From a virus: a stretch of 50,874 bases of DNA. The stretch spans positions 1 to 50,874 of the IMG/VR virus record IMGVR_UViG_3300036783_000164; one strand, 5' to 3'. The position numbers and the translations under genes were made by a program. The notes beneath the pieces are model-generated. The model was not told where the DNA came from. It did no database searches and worked only from the letters and a program-made list of their open reading frames with translations. Positions 25,234-34,830 of the stretch are shown in pieces; the stretch's first letter is position 1, and each line of letters starts with the position of its first letter.

Positions 25234-25596
25234 TTACACTTCCTCCTCTAATTTTCGAAATCTCATTGCATAATGAAAAATCTTCGTATCATCTTCGTAT
25301 AGATCAGCGACAGCATACCGAGAAAAACCAATGTTTTTCATGATTTCATTCACTTTTGTATGAATTACTGTTGTACTGTTCTTTGACCAAATATCTGTTT
25401 GAAATGTTATTTCACTTGCTATTTCTTCATCGTCAGCAAATGAATTTGGAACATTGTTCAACTCAAAAAATGTAATTCTAGGGAACTCTTCAGCATTTTT
25501 TGCTTTTTGATAGTAAACTCGTTTCCCGCCTAAAATAGAAACAAGCTCTTGATTCGATTCAAGAGCTTGTAAAATAACTGGACGTAAATTCTTCAA
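25234..25596 (-). CDS. Tail completion / tail terminator-type protein
   Basis: 120 aa. The call is based on gene order in an HK97-type head-tail joining cluster. Confidence 0.55.
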   Translation of the reverse strand: MKNLRPVILQALESNQELVSILGGKRVYYQKAKNAEEFPRITFFELNNVPNSFADDEEIASEITFQTDIWSKNSTTVIHTKVNEIMKNIGFSRYAVADLYEDDTKIFHYAMRFRKLEEEV

Positions 25597-26027
25597 AATC
25601 TCAGCCTCATTTCTTCTCTGAGAATATCCGTCATAGCACGAATTGCTTCTGCTTTTGAAGAACTAAACCCTGGTTCGATAAATGGTTCGGCTGGCATTTT
25701 AGATGTACCCCATTCTTTAAATTTCATATAAAAATACGGAGAGCGATCTGCCTTATCAATACCTACCTTAACGGTTTTTAATCCGTCTTCCATTTTAGCT
25801 TTAGTGACACGTATATTGTCTGCTGCGTGTTGCCCTGTACGCCAAGGTTCACTTTTAGAAGCTGGCTTTGGACTGGCGCTTCGTGAAGCTCGCTCAGAAA
25901 TCGCTTTTCTAATCGGCTCCCCACCAGCTGCAAGAGCTTTGTCTTCAATCTTATCTCCTCTTAGCCCCAAAGCATTAAGTTCTGAAACAAGTTGATCAAA
26001 ACCCATGAAATCTACGTTATTACCCAT
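25593..26027 (-). CDS. HK97 gp10-family neck/tail component
   Basis: 144 aa. The N-terminal VDFMGFDQLVSELNALG pattern is typical of gp10-like proteins. Confidence 0.65.
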   Translation of the reverse strand: MGNNVDFMGFDQLVSELNALGLRGDKIEDKALAAGGEPIRKAISERASRSASPKPASKSEPWRTGQHAADNIRVTKAKMEDGLKTVKVGIDKADRSPYFYMKFKEWGTSKMPAEPFIEPGFSSSKAEAIRAMTDILREEMRLRF

Positions 26028-26343
26028 TCATACCACCGCGTTTCCACATGATTAGTAGAGTATGTTTTTCAGTAGGAATTGCTGAAACAATTTCATACAT
26101 TTGATTTTTATATTTAATCTGCATATCCGCCGTAACATCTTCTCGATATCGAATTTCACTTTTTCCTTGAACAGCACTGTTTGTTGCTGCTGCTTGGAAG
26201 TATTCTCTTCCCTTCAAGAAAACGAATGATCCCCAGGTAGTAAATGACTCTATATATCCATCAATTGGTTCGCCATCTTCGCTTTTTGCATCTGGATCCT
26301 TCATATAAAATGCTAAACGTTTATTCCTTTTAGCTAACGTCAT
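26020..26343 (-). CDS. Head closure / head-tail adaptor protein
   Basis: 107 aa. The patterns SEIRYREDV and MQIKYKNQMYEIVS are typical of Phage_H_T_join proteins. Confidence 0.7.
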   Translation of the reverse strand: MTLAKRNKRLAFYMKDPDAKSEDGEPIDGYIESFTTWGSFVFLKGREYFQAAATNSAVQGKSEIRYREDVTADMQIKYKNQMYEIVSAIPTEKHTLLIMWKRGGMNG

Positions 26344-26600
26344 AAAGCTTCACCTTCATATTTCATTTGAAGAATATTGCTTTGCAAAGATCGCTCCAAT
26401 TTCCTATATGAATCAGGGTCATATTGGATGGCCACATAAATTATTACTGATAATCTATATAAAGCTGAATCCTTCTTCTCAGAAACTCCAGCATTAGCAA
26501 AATATTCTTTTGCAGAATCAAGTAAAAGAGTGAGGTTCATATCATCCTCACTCCCTTCGATTCGTAAGTATCCTTTTACTTGTTCAAGCATATCATTCAT
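26340..26600 (-). CDS. Head-tail connector (gp6-like)
   Basis: LEQVKGYLRIEGSEDDMNLTLLLDSAKEYFANAGV is the gp6-like signature. Start moved to the ATG at 26600, after GGTGG. Confidence 0.7.
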   Translation of the reverse strand: MNDMLEQVKGYLRIEGSEDDMNLTLLLDSAKEYFANAGVSEKKDSALYRLSVIIYVAIQYDPDSYRKLERSLQSNILQMKYEGEAL

Positions 26601-26614
26601 ATGCATACCACCTA

Positions 26615-26905
26615 TCAACCACTAGATGCAGCTGTTTTCACTGATAATTCCGCGCTTAATGGAGAAATCAACCCATTGTTACCTACAGATTTAACTTGAT
26701 ATGAATACGTTGTATCACCAGTTAAACCAGTATCCTTATAAGTAGCTGTCGGTGAAGTTCCTACTTGTTTCCCATTACGGAATACTTGGTACTCTTTAAT
26801 ACCCCCATCGTACACAACAGGAGACCAACTAATGTTGGCCGTTGTTACTGTGGTAGCATCAACTTTTAATCCTGTTGGTGTTTGGGGATCCTTAGGGCTG
26901 CGCAA
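26615..26905 (-). CDS. Fibronectin type III (Ig-like) domain ORF, probably a +1 frameshift extension of the capsid protein or a decoration protein
   Basis: PTGLKVDATTVTTANISWSPVVYDGGIKEYQVFRNGKQVGTSPTATYKDTGLTGDTTYSYQVKSV is a canonical FN3 pattern. There is no ATG. The frame opens one codon before the TTG and overlaps the capsid stop. Confidence 0.7.
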   Translation of the reverse strand: MRSPKDPQTPTGLKVDATTVTTANISWSPVVYDGGIKEYQVFRNGKQVGTSPTATYKDTGLTGDTTYSYQVKSVGNNGLISPLSAELSVKTAASSG

Positions 26906-28034
26906 CTACCTTCGCAACACGGAATGCTGATTTCAGTTTAATTTTATGGTCCAACCAAGCTGTTAAAACGAATAATTCCATACCGCTATCTACATCTTTG
27001 TCTCGATCATAAATCATGTTTAAATCATAGTTAAAATGAGAGTAACGGAAATCACCAACTACCGGATCAGTTGCATTATCACAGAAGATAACTGGTCGCC
27101 CTAATACTTGCTCTGGCTGAGCGTTATAAAGTGTTGCACTTCCGTTCGCTAAGATTTCAATAATGTCAGAGTAATCTTGGTATGCCATACAGATTTTTGC
27201 ATTCGCACGATAGTCTTCGTGAAGATCAGCAAGTGCTTTTTTAATAGCTTTATATTTATTTTCAGCACTAACTTCCTTAATACCAACTTTATAGAATGAC
27301 ATTGACTCTTCTCCGACTTTAGGAGTTTTGGCAAAAGCTACTTTTTTCTCTTTTGCTGCTAAACCTGATTCAAGTGCCGCATCTACAGTTTGTACTAAGT
27401 TGGTATCAGTACCGTTTAACACAGTTTCTGATACTTTAGCTTTCACTTTGAATTTATTACGTCCAAATGTTACAACATCGCCTTCTGTTTTAATTTCTTT
27501 TGCTGTTTCTTCATCTGAAACAAAATTATCATCATCTAATGTGAAGTCGATTTTAGGTACTTCTAAATTCGTGATATTTGTGAATGTAGCCACATCACGT
27601 AATGGATTTTTTACAAAAGGCTCATGTAATAATTCATTTGTTAATGTAGATGGTAAGAACTTTTCTCCACCAGAATTATTACGGTCACCTAAAGCCATTT
27701 TAGCTTCTTCAGTCATTGGGCGATTACGAATTGTAGCACGAATTAATTCAGCTTTTGCTGCTGTTTTACGTGCTTTTGGGTCTTCACTTTGTAAACCAGG
27801 AATATTAGGATCTTGTTTTGCTTGAATAGCTGCACGTTGAGCTGCTTCTTGCTCATCATGTTGAGCTTTTAATAAGTCAAAACGTTCTTTTAAATCTTCT
27901 TTAGTATTTTTTAATTGTTGAATGTCTTTAATTGGTACATTAGGATCTGCAGCTTTAGCAACAATATCACTTTCAACTTGTGTTAACTGATCACCCACAG
28001 TTTTTAAATTAGCTTTTAATTCATATAATTTCAT
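26892..28034 (-). CDS. Major capsid protein, HK97 family
   Basis: 380 aa with an N-terminal coiled-coil delta-like region. It follows the ClpP-type protease. Confidence 0.9.
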   Translation of the reverse strand: MKLYELKANLKTVGDQLTQVESDIVAKAADPNVPIKDIQQLKNTKEDLKERFDLLKAQHDEQEAAQRAAIQAKQDPNIPGLQSEDPKARKTAAKAELIRATIRNRPMTEEAKMALGDRNNSGGEKFLPSTLTNELLHEPFVKNPLRDVATFTNITNLEVPKIDFTLDDDNFVSDEETAKEIKTEGDVVTFGRNKFKVKAKVSETVLNGTDTNLVQTVDAALESGLAAKEKKVAFAKTPKVGEESMSFYKVGIKEVSAENKYKAIKKALADLHEDYRANAKICMAYQDYSDIIEILANGSATLYNAQPEQVLGRPVIFCDNATDPVVGDFRYSHFNYDLNMIYDRDKDVDSGMELFVLTAWLDHKIKLKSAFRVAKVVAQP

Positions 28035-28778
28035 CTAAATTCCTCCTAAAATTAACTTCAATTTCTCATTACTCGCTTTCGATTCAGCAATAAGTTGTTT
28101 TCTATATTCTTGTTCCTTAATATCGTCAGCTATATTGGACTTATTTGATTGATTCAATAAGTCTTTTGGTGTGTTTTTATATCGATTAAACATATCTTTA
28201 TTTACACTTGCTGCAATTTCAGTTGTCGATTCGACTACATCACATAAGCCGTAATCCAAACATTCTTGCGCTGTTAACCATGTTTCATCATCCATCAACT
28301 TTGTTAAATCTTCTTCCGAGATACCATCACCAGCTTTTTGCATGTATGACTGTCTTATAGAAGTGTTAACTTTATCCAACATGTCTGCCGCTTCACGTAA
28401 ATCGTTAGAATTACCCGCTGTGTACAGCCATGCATTATGAATCATCATCATTGCATTTGATGGCATATGAATTGTGTCTGCTGCCATTGCAATTACACTC
28501 GCAATAGAAGCTGCTAACCCATCAACATGCACATTTACATGCGCTTTATGGCGTTTTAGCATGTTATAAATCGCAACACCCTCAAATACATCGCCACCAG
28601 GAGAGTTAATATAGACATTAAGTGTGTTGATTTCACCCATGTTGTCTAATTCTTGTTTGAAGCTTTTCGCTGAATGAGCGTAATAGCCTCCACCCCATGA
28701 AGCGATTTCTACATATAAATAAAGATCTGCTGTATCATCTGTTTGATTTTTAAATTCCCAGTACTTCTTAATTCCCAT
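28035..28778 (-). CDS. Head maturation protease (ClpP/S14 family)
   Basis: INSPGGDVFEGVAIYNMLKRHKAHVNVHVDGLAASIASVIAMA. Start moved to MGIKKYW (28778). Confidence 0.85.
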   Translation of the reverse strand: MGIKKYWEFKNQTDDTADLYLYVEIASWGGGYYAHSAKSFKQELDNMGEINTLNVYINSPGGDVFEGVAIYNMLKRHKAHVNVHVDGLAASIASVIAMAADTIHMPSNAMMMIHNAWLYTAGNSNDLREAADMLDKVNTSIRQSYMQKAGDGISEEDLTKLMDDETWLTAQECLDYGLCDVVESTTEIAASVNKDMFNRYKNTPKDLLNQSNKSNIADDIKEQEYRKQLIAESKASNEKLKLILGGI

Positions 28779-29991
28779 CACCTCCCTTCGAGTCAGGTAC
28801 TCTTTTACCATTTCTTTCTGTAATAGGTGTATCGATTGGATACAAGTCACCACTAATAAGTAGTACATCGCCTCCATCTACAGGTGGCAATTCCTCATAA
28901 GCCCTAACCTCATTAGGTTTGAACCAACCAGATCGGATTCCCTTCGAGTAAAATTCACCTCTAGTTTGAATATCTCCACGTAAAAGAGCGTTCACATTGA
29001 ACTTAAAAGTAAGTCCTTGCGAACGCTCTGTAACAGATAGAAGCTTCTTATTAAATTCTTGTTCATACATTCGTACAATTGGAATCAACGTGTTTTGTAA
29101 AAACTCCAATGATTGTTGTTCCATACTCGAAAAGTTAGCGTTACTAAAATCTCCGAGCATATGAGGTGGTATATTGTAAACTGTGGCCACTCGAGATCGC
29201 GTGATTCGTTCGACTTCAAATACCTTCGTATCAATAAAATCACGACTTATTTCTTTTAGATCCGAGCCGTTATCTACAATAATTACGCCACTTCCATTTG
29301 TAGAATAAAACTCTTTGAACGATTTAAGCATGGATTTCTTCTTTTCATCATTCATATTGGTTGCTATTTTCAGCACAAAAGAAGCTTTAATACCATTCTC
29401 CATTTGAGCTAGGCTGAATTCTTTAACTTGTGCATCATAATCAATGGAATCCCTTAGAACATGTATTGGCTTGATTCCTTTATAGCCAGACGTATGAATG
29501 TGCTTAACGTGAATCATATCCATATTATGAACATAATACCGTTGCCCATCTTCTCCCTGTATTTCATAATAAAGTTCTTTTGACTTCTCTTCTAAAACTG
29601 GTTCTACTCTAGTTGGATCTAAAATATCCAATGCTTCAACCTGAAATCGATAATTATAGCGCTTTAAAGCGTATGCGTTACCTTCCATATCACGAAATAC
29701 TTCCATTGTTCTAATAAAATCAAAGCTTGTCATGTTTGGATTTGGGGAAGTATTCATTAAATCCGCCATTCTGTTGTTTGTAATTGGATAAAAGTCTTTA
29801 TATAATTTCAATGGCAATGTAGCTAGCGAATTCGACAGTCGAGAAACAGCTGCGAAGATAGTTTCGTTATTTGCTAGAACATCATGATTTTGCCAACTGC
29901 GTTTACTAGTAAGTTGGTTCCATTTCGTAAAATTTTCATCGGTTATCTTTCTTCTGCGGAAAACATTCTTTACTTTGTTCATAAAACCCAT
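28768..29991 (-). CDS. Portal protein (HK97 family)
   Basis: 407 aa. Positioned between terminase and protease. Typical portal composition. Confidence 0.88.
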   Translation of the reverse strand: MGFMNKVKNVFRRRKITDENFTKWNQLTSKRSWQNHDVLANNETIFAAVSRLSNSLATLPLKLYKDFYPITNNRMADLMNTSPNPNMTSFDFIRTMEVFRDMEGNAYALKRYNYRFQVEALDILDPTRVEPVLEEKSKELYYEIQGEDGQRYYVHNMDMIHVKHIHTSGYKGIKPIHVLRDSIDYDAQVKEFSLAQMENGIKASFVLKIATNMNDEKKKSMLKSFKEFYSTNGSGVIIVDNGSDLKEISRDFIDTKVFEVERITRSRVATVYNIPPHMLGDFSNANFSSMEQQSLEFLQNTLIPIVRMYEQEFNKKLLSVTERSQGLTFKFNVNALLRGDIQTRGEFYSKGIRSGWFKPNEVRAYEELPPVDGGDVLLISGDLYPIDTPITERNGKRVPDSKGGDGN

Positions 29992-30002
29992 CTTCTCACC
30001 TC

Positions 30003-31703
30003 CTAATCATTAAAATTCCACACTTCAACAACTGGTTCTGACGTTGTTAATATCATAGAACGTACATGAGCATTCATTAATGAAGCAATAGGATCAATTC
30101 TTTCAATAGATTTCGATTTATCTAGCATGATATTTTCATTGTGATCTTCTTTCGTAACAGAATTCCCAACAGCCCAACCTAGAACTGGATTATTGTCATG
30201 AACAACATTCTTAGAGTAAACTTCTTCTCTGAAGTTCTTTGTCGGTTCGCCCAGCGTGCCGATTCCTTGTCTAATTTCAACCATTACATATCCTTCAGCT
30301 TCCATATCCTGAGAAAATTGGCTTGCATTCCATGGATCATAACAAATTTCTTTTATAACAATTCCGTATTCTTTTTCAAGATTCTTGATATATTTTTTAA
30401 TATAGTTATAGTCAACTACACTTCCTGGCGTTGTTGTTATATAACCTTGTTCGTTCCATAAGTCATACCTAGTTTTATCCTTTTTCACTTTTTCCATCAT
30501 CGTATCTTCTGGCATAAAACTATGACTAAAAACGTTGTATTTATCAGCTTTGATAATGATTCCAAGTGAAGTTAAATCAATTTTAGCTGATAAATCTATG
30601 CCCAATACTGCCTCATGGCCTTCAAAATCTTTAAGATTTAAAGAATCATCTCCACATTTATTCCACTTGGCCATATCCATATAGCCATTGTCTTTCATAT
30701 CGACCCAAATATTCATATTTTTAGTTAAGAAACTTCTCATTTTCTTTGGGTCTTCAAGTGCTTCTTCGAGTTTAAGCTCAATGCTATTTATACCCTCTTT
30801 ATAGGTACAAACTATAGGATTGGCTTTGATCCAATTTCTTTTATCTTTAATATCATCATCTTTATCCAACTCACAAATCATCACAAAATAACGTTCGTTC
30901 TGAGTTTTATATTCTTCATCAATAATCTTAGACACATATTGATATTCAGAAAAACAAGGAGCTGCCTTGTTAAAACCAGCTGTTGTGATAATTACTAGTA
31001 ATGGATTTTTACGAGAAATCATCCCCGAGTCTAATACATCATATATTTCTGACGTCTCATGACAATGGTATTCATCTAGAATTCCTAAACTTGGGTTACT
31101 TCCATCACCGGATTTTCGGGCTTCTTTTGATAAAGGTTGAATTATAGAGCCTGTTTTTAAATGTTTTATCTTTCCGTAAGAGTCAGAGTATTTCCCTTTA
31201 AAAAGTTCAACTGGAGACAATTGCAAATTGATTTCTGAATACACTTTATCTGATTGATCGCGACCCCAACCAGCAATATAACATTCTTCAACTTCACCTG
31301 ATAAAAATGTTGAATACGTAGCTATAATAGCTAACAATTGGGATTTTGCATTTTTTCGAGCTAATTGGATATAAGATTTCCTGAAACGCCTAGAATCATC
31401 TTCTTTTAATTTCCAACAAAAGATATTACCACATACAAATAGCTGAAAATCCGTTAGTTCAATGTATTGACCAGCAAGGGTTCCTTTTGTATGTTTGAAC
31501 ATCTTTGCCCATACATAAAAATCTTCTAGCTCAGAAATATCGAAATAAAATGGATAGTCTTCTTGGCTAATCTTTGTTAAGTCATTTAAAAATCTATTGC
31601 AAGCTGCTATGTGTTTTTTACAAGCTATTATTTTGCCATCAACAATATCTACAGCATAGTTATATACCCGTTCAAATAACTCTTCGGCTGTAAACTCATT
31701 CAT
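30003..31703 (-). CDS. Terminase large subunit
   Basis: 566 aa. Terminase_1-type ATPase followed by a nuclease domain. Overlaps the terS stop. Confidence 0.9.
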   Translation of the reverse strand: MNEFTAEELFERVYNYAVDIVDGKIIACKKHIAACNRFLNDLTKISQEDYPFYFDISELEDFYVWAKMFKHTKGTLAGQYIELTDFQLFVCGNIFCWKLKEDDSRRFRKSYIQLARKNAKSQLLAIIATYSTFLSGEVEECYIAGWGRDQSDKVYSEINLQLSPVELFKGKYSDSYGKIKHLKTGSIIQPLSKEARKSGDGSNPSLGILDEYHCHETSEIYDVLDSGMISRKNPLLVIITTAGFNKAAPCFSEYQYVSKIIDEEYKTQNERYFVMICELDKDDDIKDKRNWIKANPIVCTYKEGINSIELKLEEALEDPKKMRSFLTKNMNIWVDMKDNGYMDMAKWNKCGDDSLNLKDFEGHEAVLGIDLSAKIDLTSLGIIIKADKYNVFSHSFMPEDTMMEKVKKDKTRYDLWNEQGYITTTPGSVVDYNYIKKYIKNLEKEYGIVIKEICYDPWNASQFSQDMEAEGYVMVEIRQGIGTLGEPTKNFREEVYSKNVVHDNNPVLGWAVGNSVTKEDHNENIMLDKSKSIERIDPIASLMNAHVRSMILTTSEPVVEVWNFND

Positions 31704-32233
31704 AATTTAGACCCAAATTTCTTTTCTGCTATTGTTTTTGGCTGTTCTTCTTGTTTTGTAGGCATAACTAATTTACATCTTGAAGTAATAGTTAAACCTA
31801 AATCACTAGCTGCTTGTCTACATTGTTTAAAAAGCTTGTCCTGATTAACGAGCAAATCTGTATAAACATCATTTGAAACTATCTCTTCTATGGATTCAAC
31901 TTTATTGCCATCCTGATCGGATTTAATAAATATCTCTATCTTCGTTGGGGAAGTATCAAGTAGTGTTTCTGTTACTTGCCAATACATTTTTTCAGACAAT
32001 AAATAACGAGCTAGTGCATCGACATCGAGATTAGACATAATCCCAATTTCCGCTAGCTCGTCAGAAATCTTTTTGAATTTTCTTCTTAAATCTTTCGGGA
32101 GGTAAGTCGGTGCTTTTATCCTATTACTAGGCGCTTTAATTTCTTGCGACTTCCGTTCCTCAATTTCTTGTTTTGTTAAATTCTTTTTTCCTTTATATAC
32201 AATCAAGTCAATTGGTTGTCTTGGCCGTGCCAT
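31700..32233 (-). CDS. Terminase small subunit (P27 family)
   Basis: The N-terminus, from MARPRQPIDLIVYKGKKNLTKQEIEERK to APTYL, is typical of P27-family TerS. Confidence 0.85.
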   Translation of the reverse strand: MARPRQPIDLIVYKGKKNLTKQEIEERKSQEIKAPSNRIKAPTYLPKDLRRKFKKISDELAEIGIMSNLDVDALARYLLSEKMYWQVTETLLDTSPTKIEIFIKSDQDGNKVESIEEIVSNDVYTDLLVNQDKLFKQCRQAASDLGLTITSRCKLVMPTKQEEQPKTIAEKKFGSKL

Positions 32234-32239
32234 CTTCTT

Positions 32240-32390
32240 ACCTCCTTTCAGATTTTTAGTTTAGGGAGCCCAATCCGCCATTTTTGAAAATTTCATTTAG
32301 GGAATTTTCTGCGCGTGAAGCGGGGCGGCGGTCTGGAGGGTCGCCTGCCTTCAAATGTTCATAAGGGGGGCTATATATAAAAGTGAATGT
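32240..32390. other. Probable cos/packaging recognition region
   Basis: Non-coding gap between the HNH-side genes and terS with a sharply G+C-rich core gcgcgtgaagcggggcggcggtctggagggtcgcctgcc. HNH plus P27 TerS plus HK97 head is the usual cos-phage layout. Confidence 0.4.
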
Positions 32391-32397
32391 ATAAATT

Positions 32398-32781
32398 TCA
32401 TTTCTTTGTAAACCCCATTAACATTCCATCTGCATACACAATTTCTTTCGATTTCTCATTTATCTCAATAAGCCTAATATCATCACGTCTAAGTAAACTG
32501 TTATTACTCAACTTAACCCATAACTTACTTGTTGATACATTGTTGTGTAGTTCATCAAGTTGCTCATTGGTTACATTCATTTCTAACCGCTCTCCGGTAT
32601 TCAAATGAATAGCGATATCGTTATTATCTTCATTTTCATTTCGGTTCAGACGGATTAAGTCGTTTTGCAATACACGAACTCTATACTCTAATGCACCTAA
32701 ACGAATATTTGTTAACGTATTCTCGAACTCTTTCTCTTCCTTCATAATCTTCTTAACTAACCATCTAAGCATCACACTCAT
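32398..32781 (-). CDS. Hypothetical protein
   Basis: 127-aa ORF that overlaps the HNH stop. Confidence 0.6.
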   Translation of the reverse strand: MSVMLRWLVKKIMKEEKEFENTLTNIRLGALEYRVRVLQNDLIRLNRNENEDNNDIAIHLNTGERLEMNVTNEQLDELHNNVSTSKLWVKLSNNSLLRRDDIRLIEINEKSKEIVYADGMLMGFTKK

Positions 32782-33140
32782 CCTCTCTTTCCATGAATCT
32801 TGTTATGACATGCATTAGATAGACTTACTAAGTTATCTATATCTAAACGTAATTCCCAATCATCTTTAACTTCTACAATATGATGGACCATATCAGCAGG
32901 CTCCATCTTTCCTTCTTTGAAGCATTGTTGACACAGGTTATTATCACGTAACAAAGCTTGCTGTCTTACTACTTGCCATGCTTTGCTGTTATAGAATGTA
33001 GTTGATCTACTATCCCGCTGTACCTTATCGTAATACCTTGTAGCATTCTTCTTATGATTCTCGCAGTATCTTTCCGTTGTAAGTTCTGGACATCTAGGAT
33101 GAGCACATGGTTTCTTTGGTTTACTTGGCATGATTATCAA
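32778..33140 (-). CDS. HNH endonuclease (packaging-associated)
   Basis: CQQCFKEGKMEPADMVHHIVEVKDD...NLVSLSNACHNKIH is an HNH motif. Confidence 0.85.
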   Translation of the reverse strand: MIIMPSKPKKPCAHPRCPELTTERYCENHKKNATRYYDKVQRDSRSTTFYNSKAWQVVRQQALLRDNNLCQQCFKEGKMEPADMVHHIVEVKDDWELRLDIDNLVSLSNACHNKIHGKRG

Positions 33141-33339
33141 ACCACTTCATCACATTAAGAAGTAATACAATTGGCCATACAAATGAAAGTACACATATGA
33201 ATAACAACATAGAAAAGAATGCACCGACTATTTGATTATCGTTGTACTGTTTCTCTTTGATTACTTTCCTTGTCGCCTTTCGCACATCATAAGTAACCAC
33301 ACACATTCCAACCGTTATATATAGAAGAAACCAGAACAT
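33121..33339 (-). CDS. Small membrane protein
   Basis: 72 aa with two hydrophobic segments. Confidence 0.5.
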   Translation of the reverse strand: MFWFLLYITVGMCVVTYDVRKATRKVIKEKQYNDNQIVGAFFSMLLFICVLSFVWPIVLLLNVMKWFDNHAK

Positions 33340-33373
33340 AATAACTACCTCCTTATAAAATAAAAAGGCACCA

Positions 33374-33685
33374 TCACTTGGCGCCTTCTACTTCTTTCCG
33401 TACTCTATCTAACTCTGCTGCAACCTTCTCATTAGTCTCTTGCAATTCATCCCATACCTTTTGTTTACGTCTAACACTTGTAGCCTTCTGTAATCTAAAG
33501 CGTAGATTCTTTTGATGTTGCATTAACTTCCTTACTAACTTATCAGCATAGAAGCAATTCTGCTCTACACCACATTCAGGGCATACAAAGTAATATCCTT
33601 CTATATCTTCAGTAATACGTTTGCTCCTAATTTCTTTTATCTTATATTCATGTTGGCATTGACTACACGTTACATTTGTTTTCAT
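33374..33685 (-). CDS. Zinc-ribbon protein with coiled-coil tail
   Basis: CSQC...CPEC, followed by a basic helical C-terminus. Confidence 0.6.
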   Translation of the reverse strand: MKTNVTCSQCQHEYKIKEIRSKRITEDIEGYYFVCPECGVEQNCFYADKLVRKLMQHQKNLRFRLQKATSVRRKQKVWDELQETNEKVAAELDRVRKEVEGAK

Positions 33686-33756
33686 TTATCACCCACCACC
33701 TTCTATATAATAGGTAGTAATTCGTCATAACTCCTCCTTATGGTAATACCTTTATC

Positions 33757-34035
33757 CTATTTGTCTTCTATGTTTCTTTCTTCTAATTTACTCTTTATTA
33801 ATTCCACATCAGATTTTAGATCATGTAGTTTGAATGAACATTCTTCCCAATACTCAGCACGCACTTTCATCCAACCTAAATCCATTTTCATAAACTTCAC
33901 TTTATCTTTTAAACGTTTTACATCCGCAACAAGATTCTTCTTATTCCTACGTTCTTTCTTAACGATAGTAATAATCTTATAAACGACTACACTTACCACT
34001 ACTCCACCAGTAAAAGCTAATACTGTCGCAATCAT
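33757..34035 (-). CDS. Single-pass membrane / coiled-coil protein
   Basis: N-terminal TM segment IATVLAFTGGVVVSVVVYKIITIV followed by a charged helix. Confidence 0.55.
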   Translation of the reverse strand: MIATVLAFTGGVVVSVVVYKIITIVKKERRNKKNLVADVKRLKDKVKFMKMDLGWMKVRAEYWEECSFKLHDLKSDVELIKSKLEERNIEDK

Positions 34036-34076
34036 ATTCGTTCCCCCTCATGCAAAATAAAAAAGCAGCTTATTGG

Positions 34077-34325
34077 CTACTGTAATTGTTCTACTATCTC
34101 ATTAAATAACCGATGTCCTTTTTCCGGGTATCTTTCTAATCCACCATCAGCGAAATATTCACCTTCACTATTTATAATTTCAATCAGCACTTCCCCCTTT
34201 TCCCAAACCTGCAAAGAAAACGCTGCACATGATTCGAATTCTTTTAACGCCTCTTCTCTGTCTGCGGTAGCTAACATAATATCTGTATCAGCAAAGTCCC
34301 ACATCACAACTGTATAGATCAGCAT
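34077..34325 (-). CDS. Hypothetical protein
   Basis: 82-aa acidic ORF. Confidence 0.55.
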   Translation of the reverse strand: MLIYTVVMWDFADTDIMLATADREEALKEFESCAAFSLQVWEKGEVLIEIINSEGEYFADGGLERYPEKGHRLFNEIVEQLQ

Positions 34326-34687
34326 GAAATCACCTCAAAAGAATCTTTTTTTTAAAAATCCATAACGAAAACTAATTTATACAGGGAAATTAATACCCCA
34401 TACATCTAGTTTTCTATTTAGTTTACATAATTATTGTTATGGGCAGTTCTTAAAAACTAATATTATGGGAAATCGTTGATAACACTAACTTCCCGTAACA
34501 TATAATTCCAGTTCTTTATGCACGATTTTATACATAGCGTAGTTTAGCGGGTTTTCCGCACCTAATCACCGTTATTTCCTGCATAAACTTCACCTTGTTA
34601 ACTATCTCTATTTTCGTTCACTTTTGTTACTTTATTAGCCTCCGAATGTATATACCCATGAGGAACCCAATATAAGGAGGCTTTGTT

Positions 34688-34813
34688 ATGAAACTTAAAA
34701 AGACAGAATTAGAAAATGGAATGATCACTTCAGAATGGGAATTTGATATTGTCGGTTGCATCTACGCTATCGCCAATTTAATCCGCGCTCTCCATGAAGC
34801 AGGAATCATTTGA
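34688..34813 (+). CDS. Possible 41-aa plus-strand ORF in a 500-nt gap
   Basis: Sequence MKLKKTELENGMITSEWEFDIVGCIYAIANLIRALHEAGII. A strong SD TAAGGAGG lies 7 nt upstream. Below the track cutoff. Confidence 0.35.
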   Translation: MKLKKTELENGMITSEWEFDIVGCIYAIANLIRALHEAGII

Positions 34814-34830
34814 TTCTTGCTTTTCCATTT

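Noticed and set aside
27149-27825. ORFs 27149-27334 and 27328-27825 within the capsid gene
   Set aside because: These are alternative-frame or antisense shadows of the HK97-type capsid gene.
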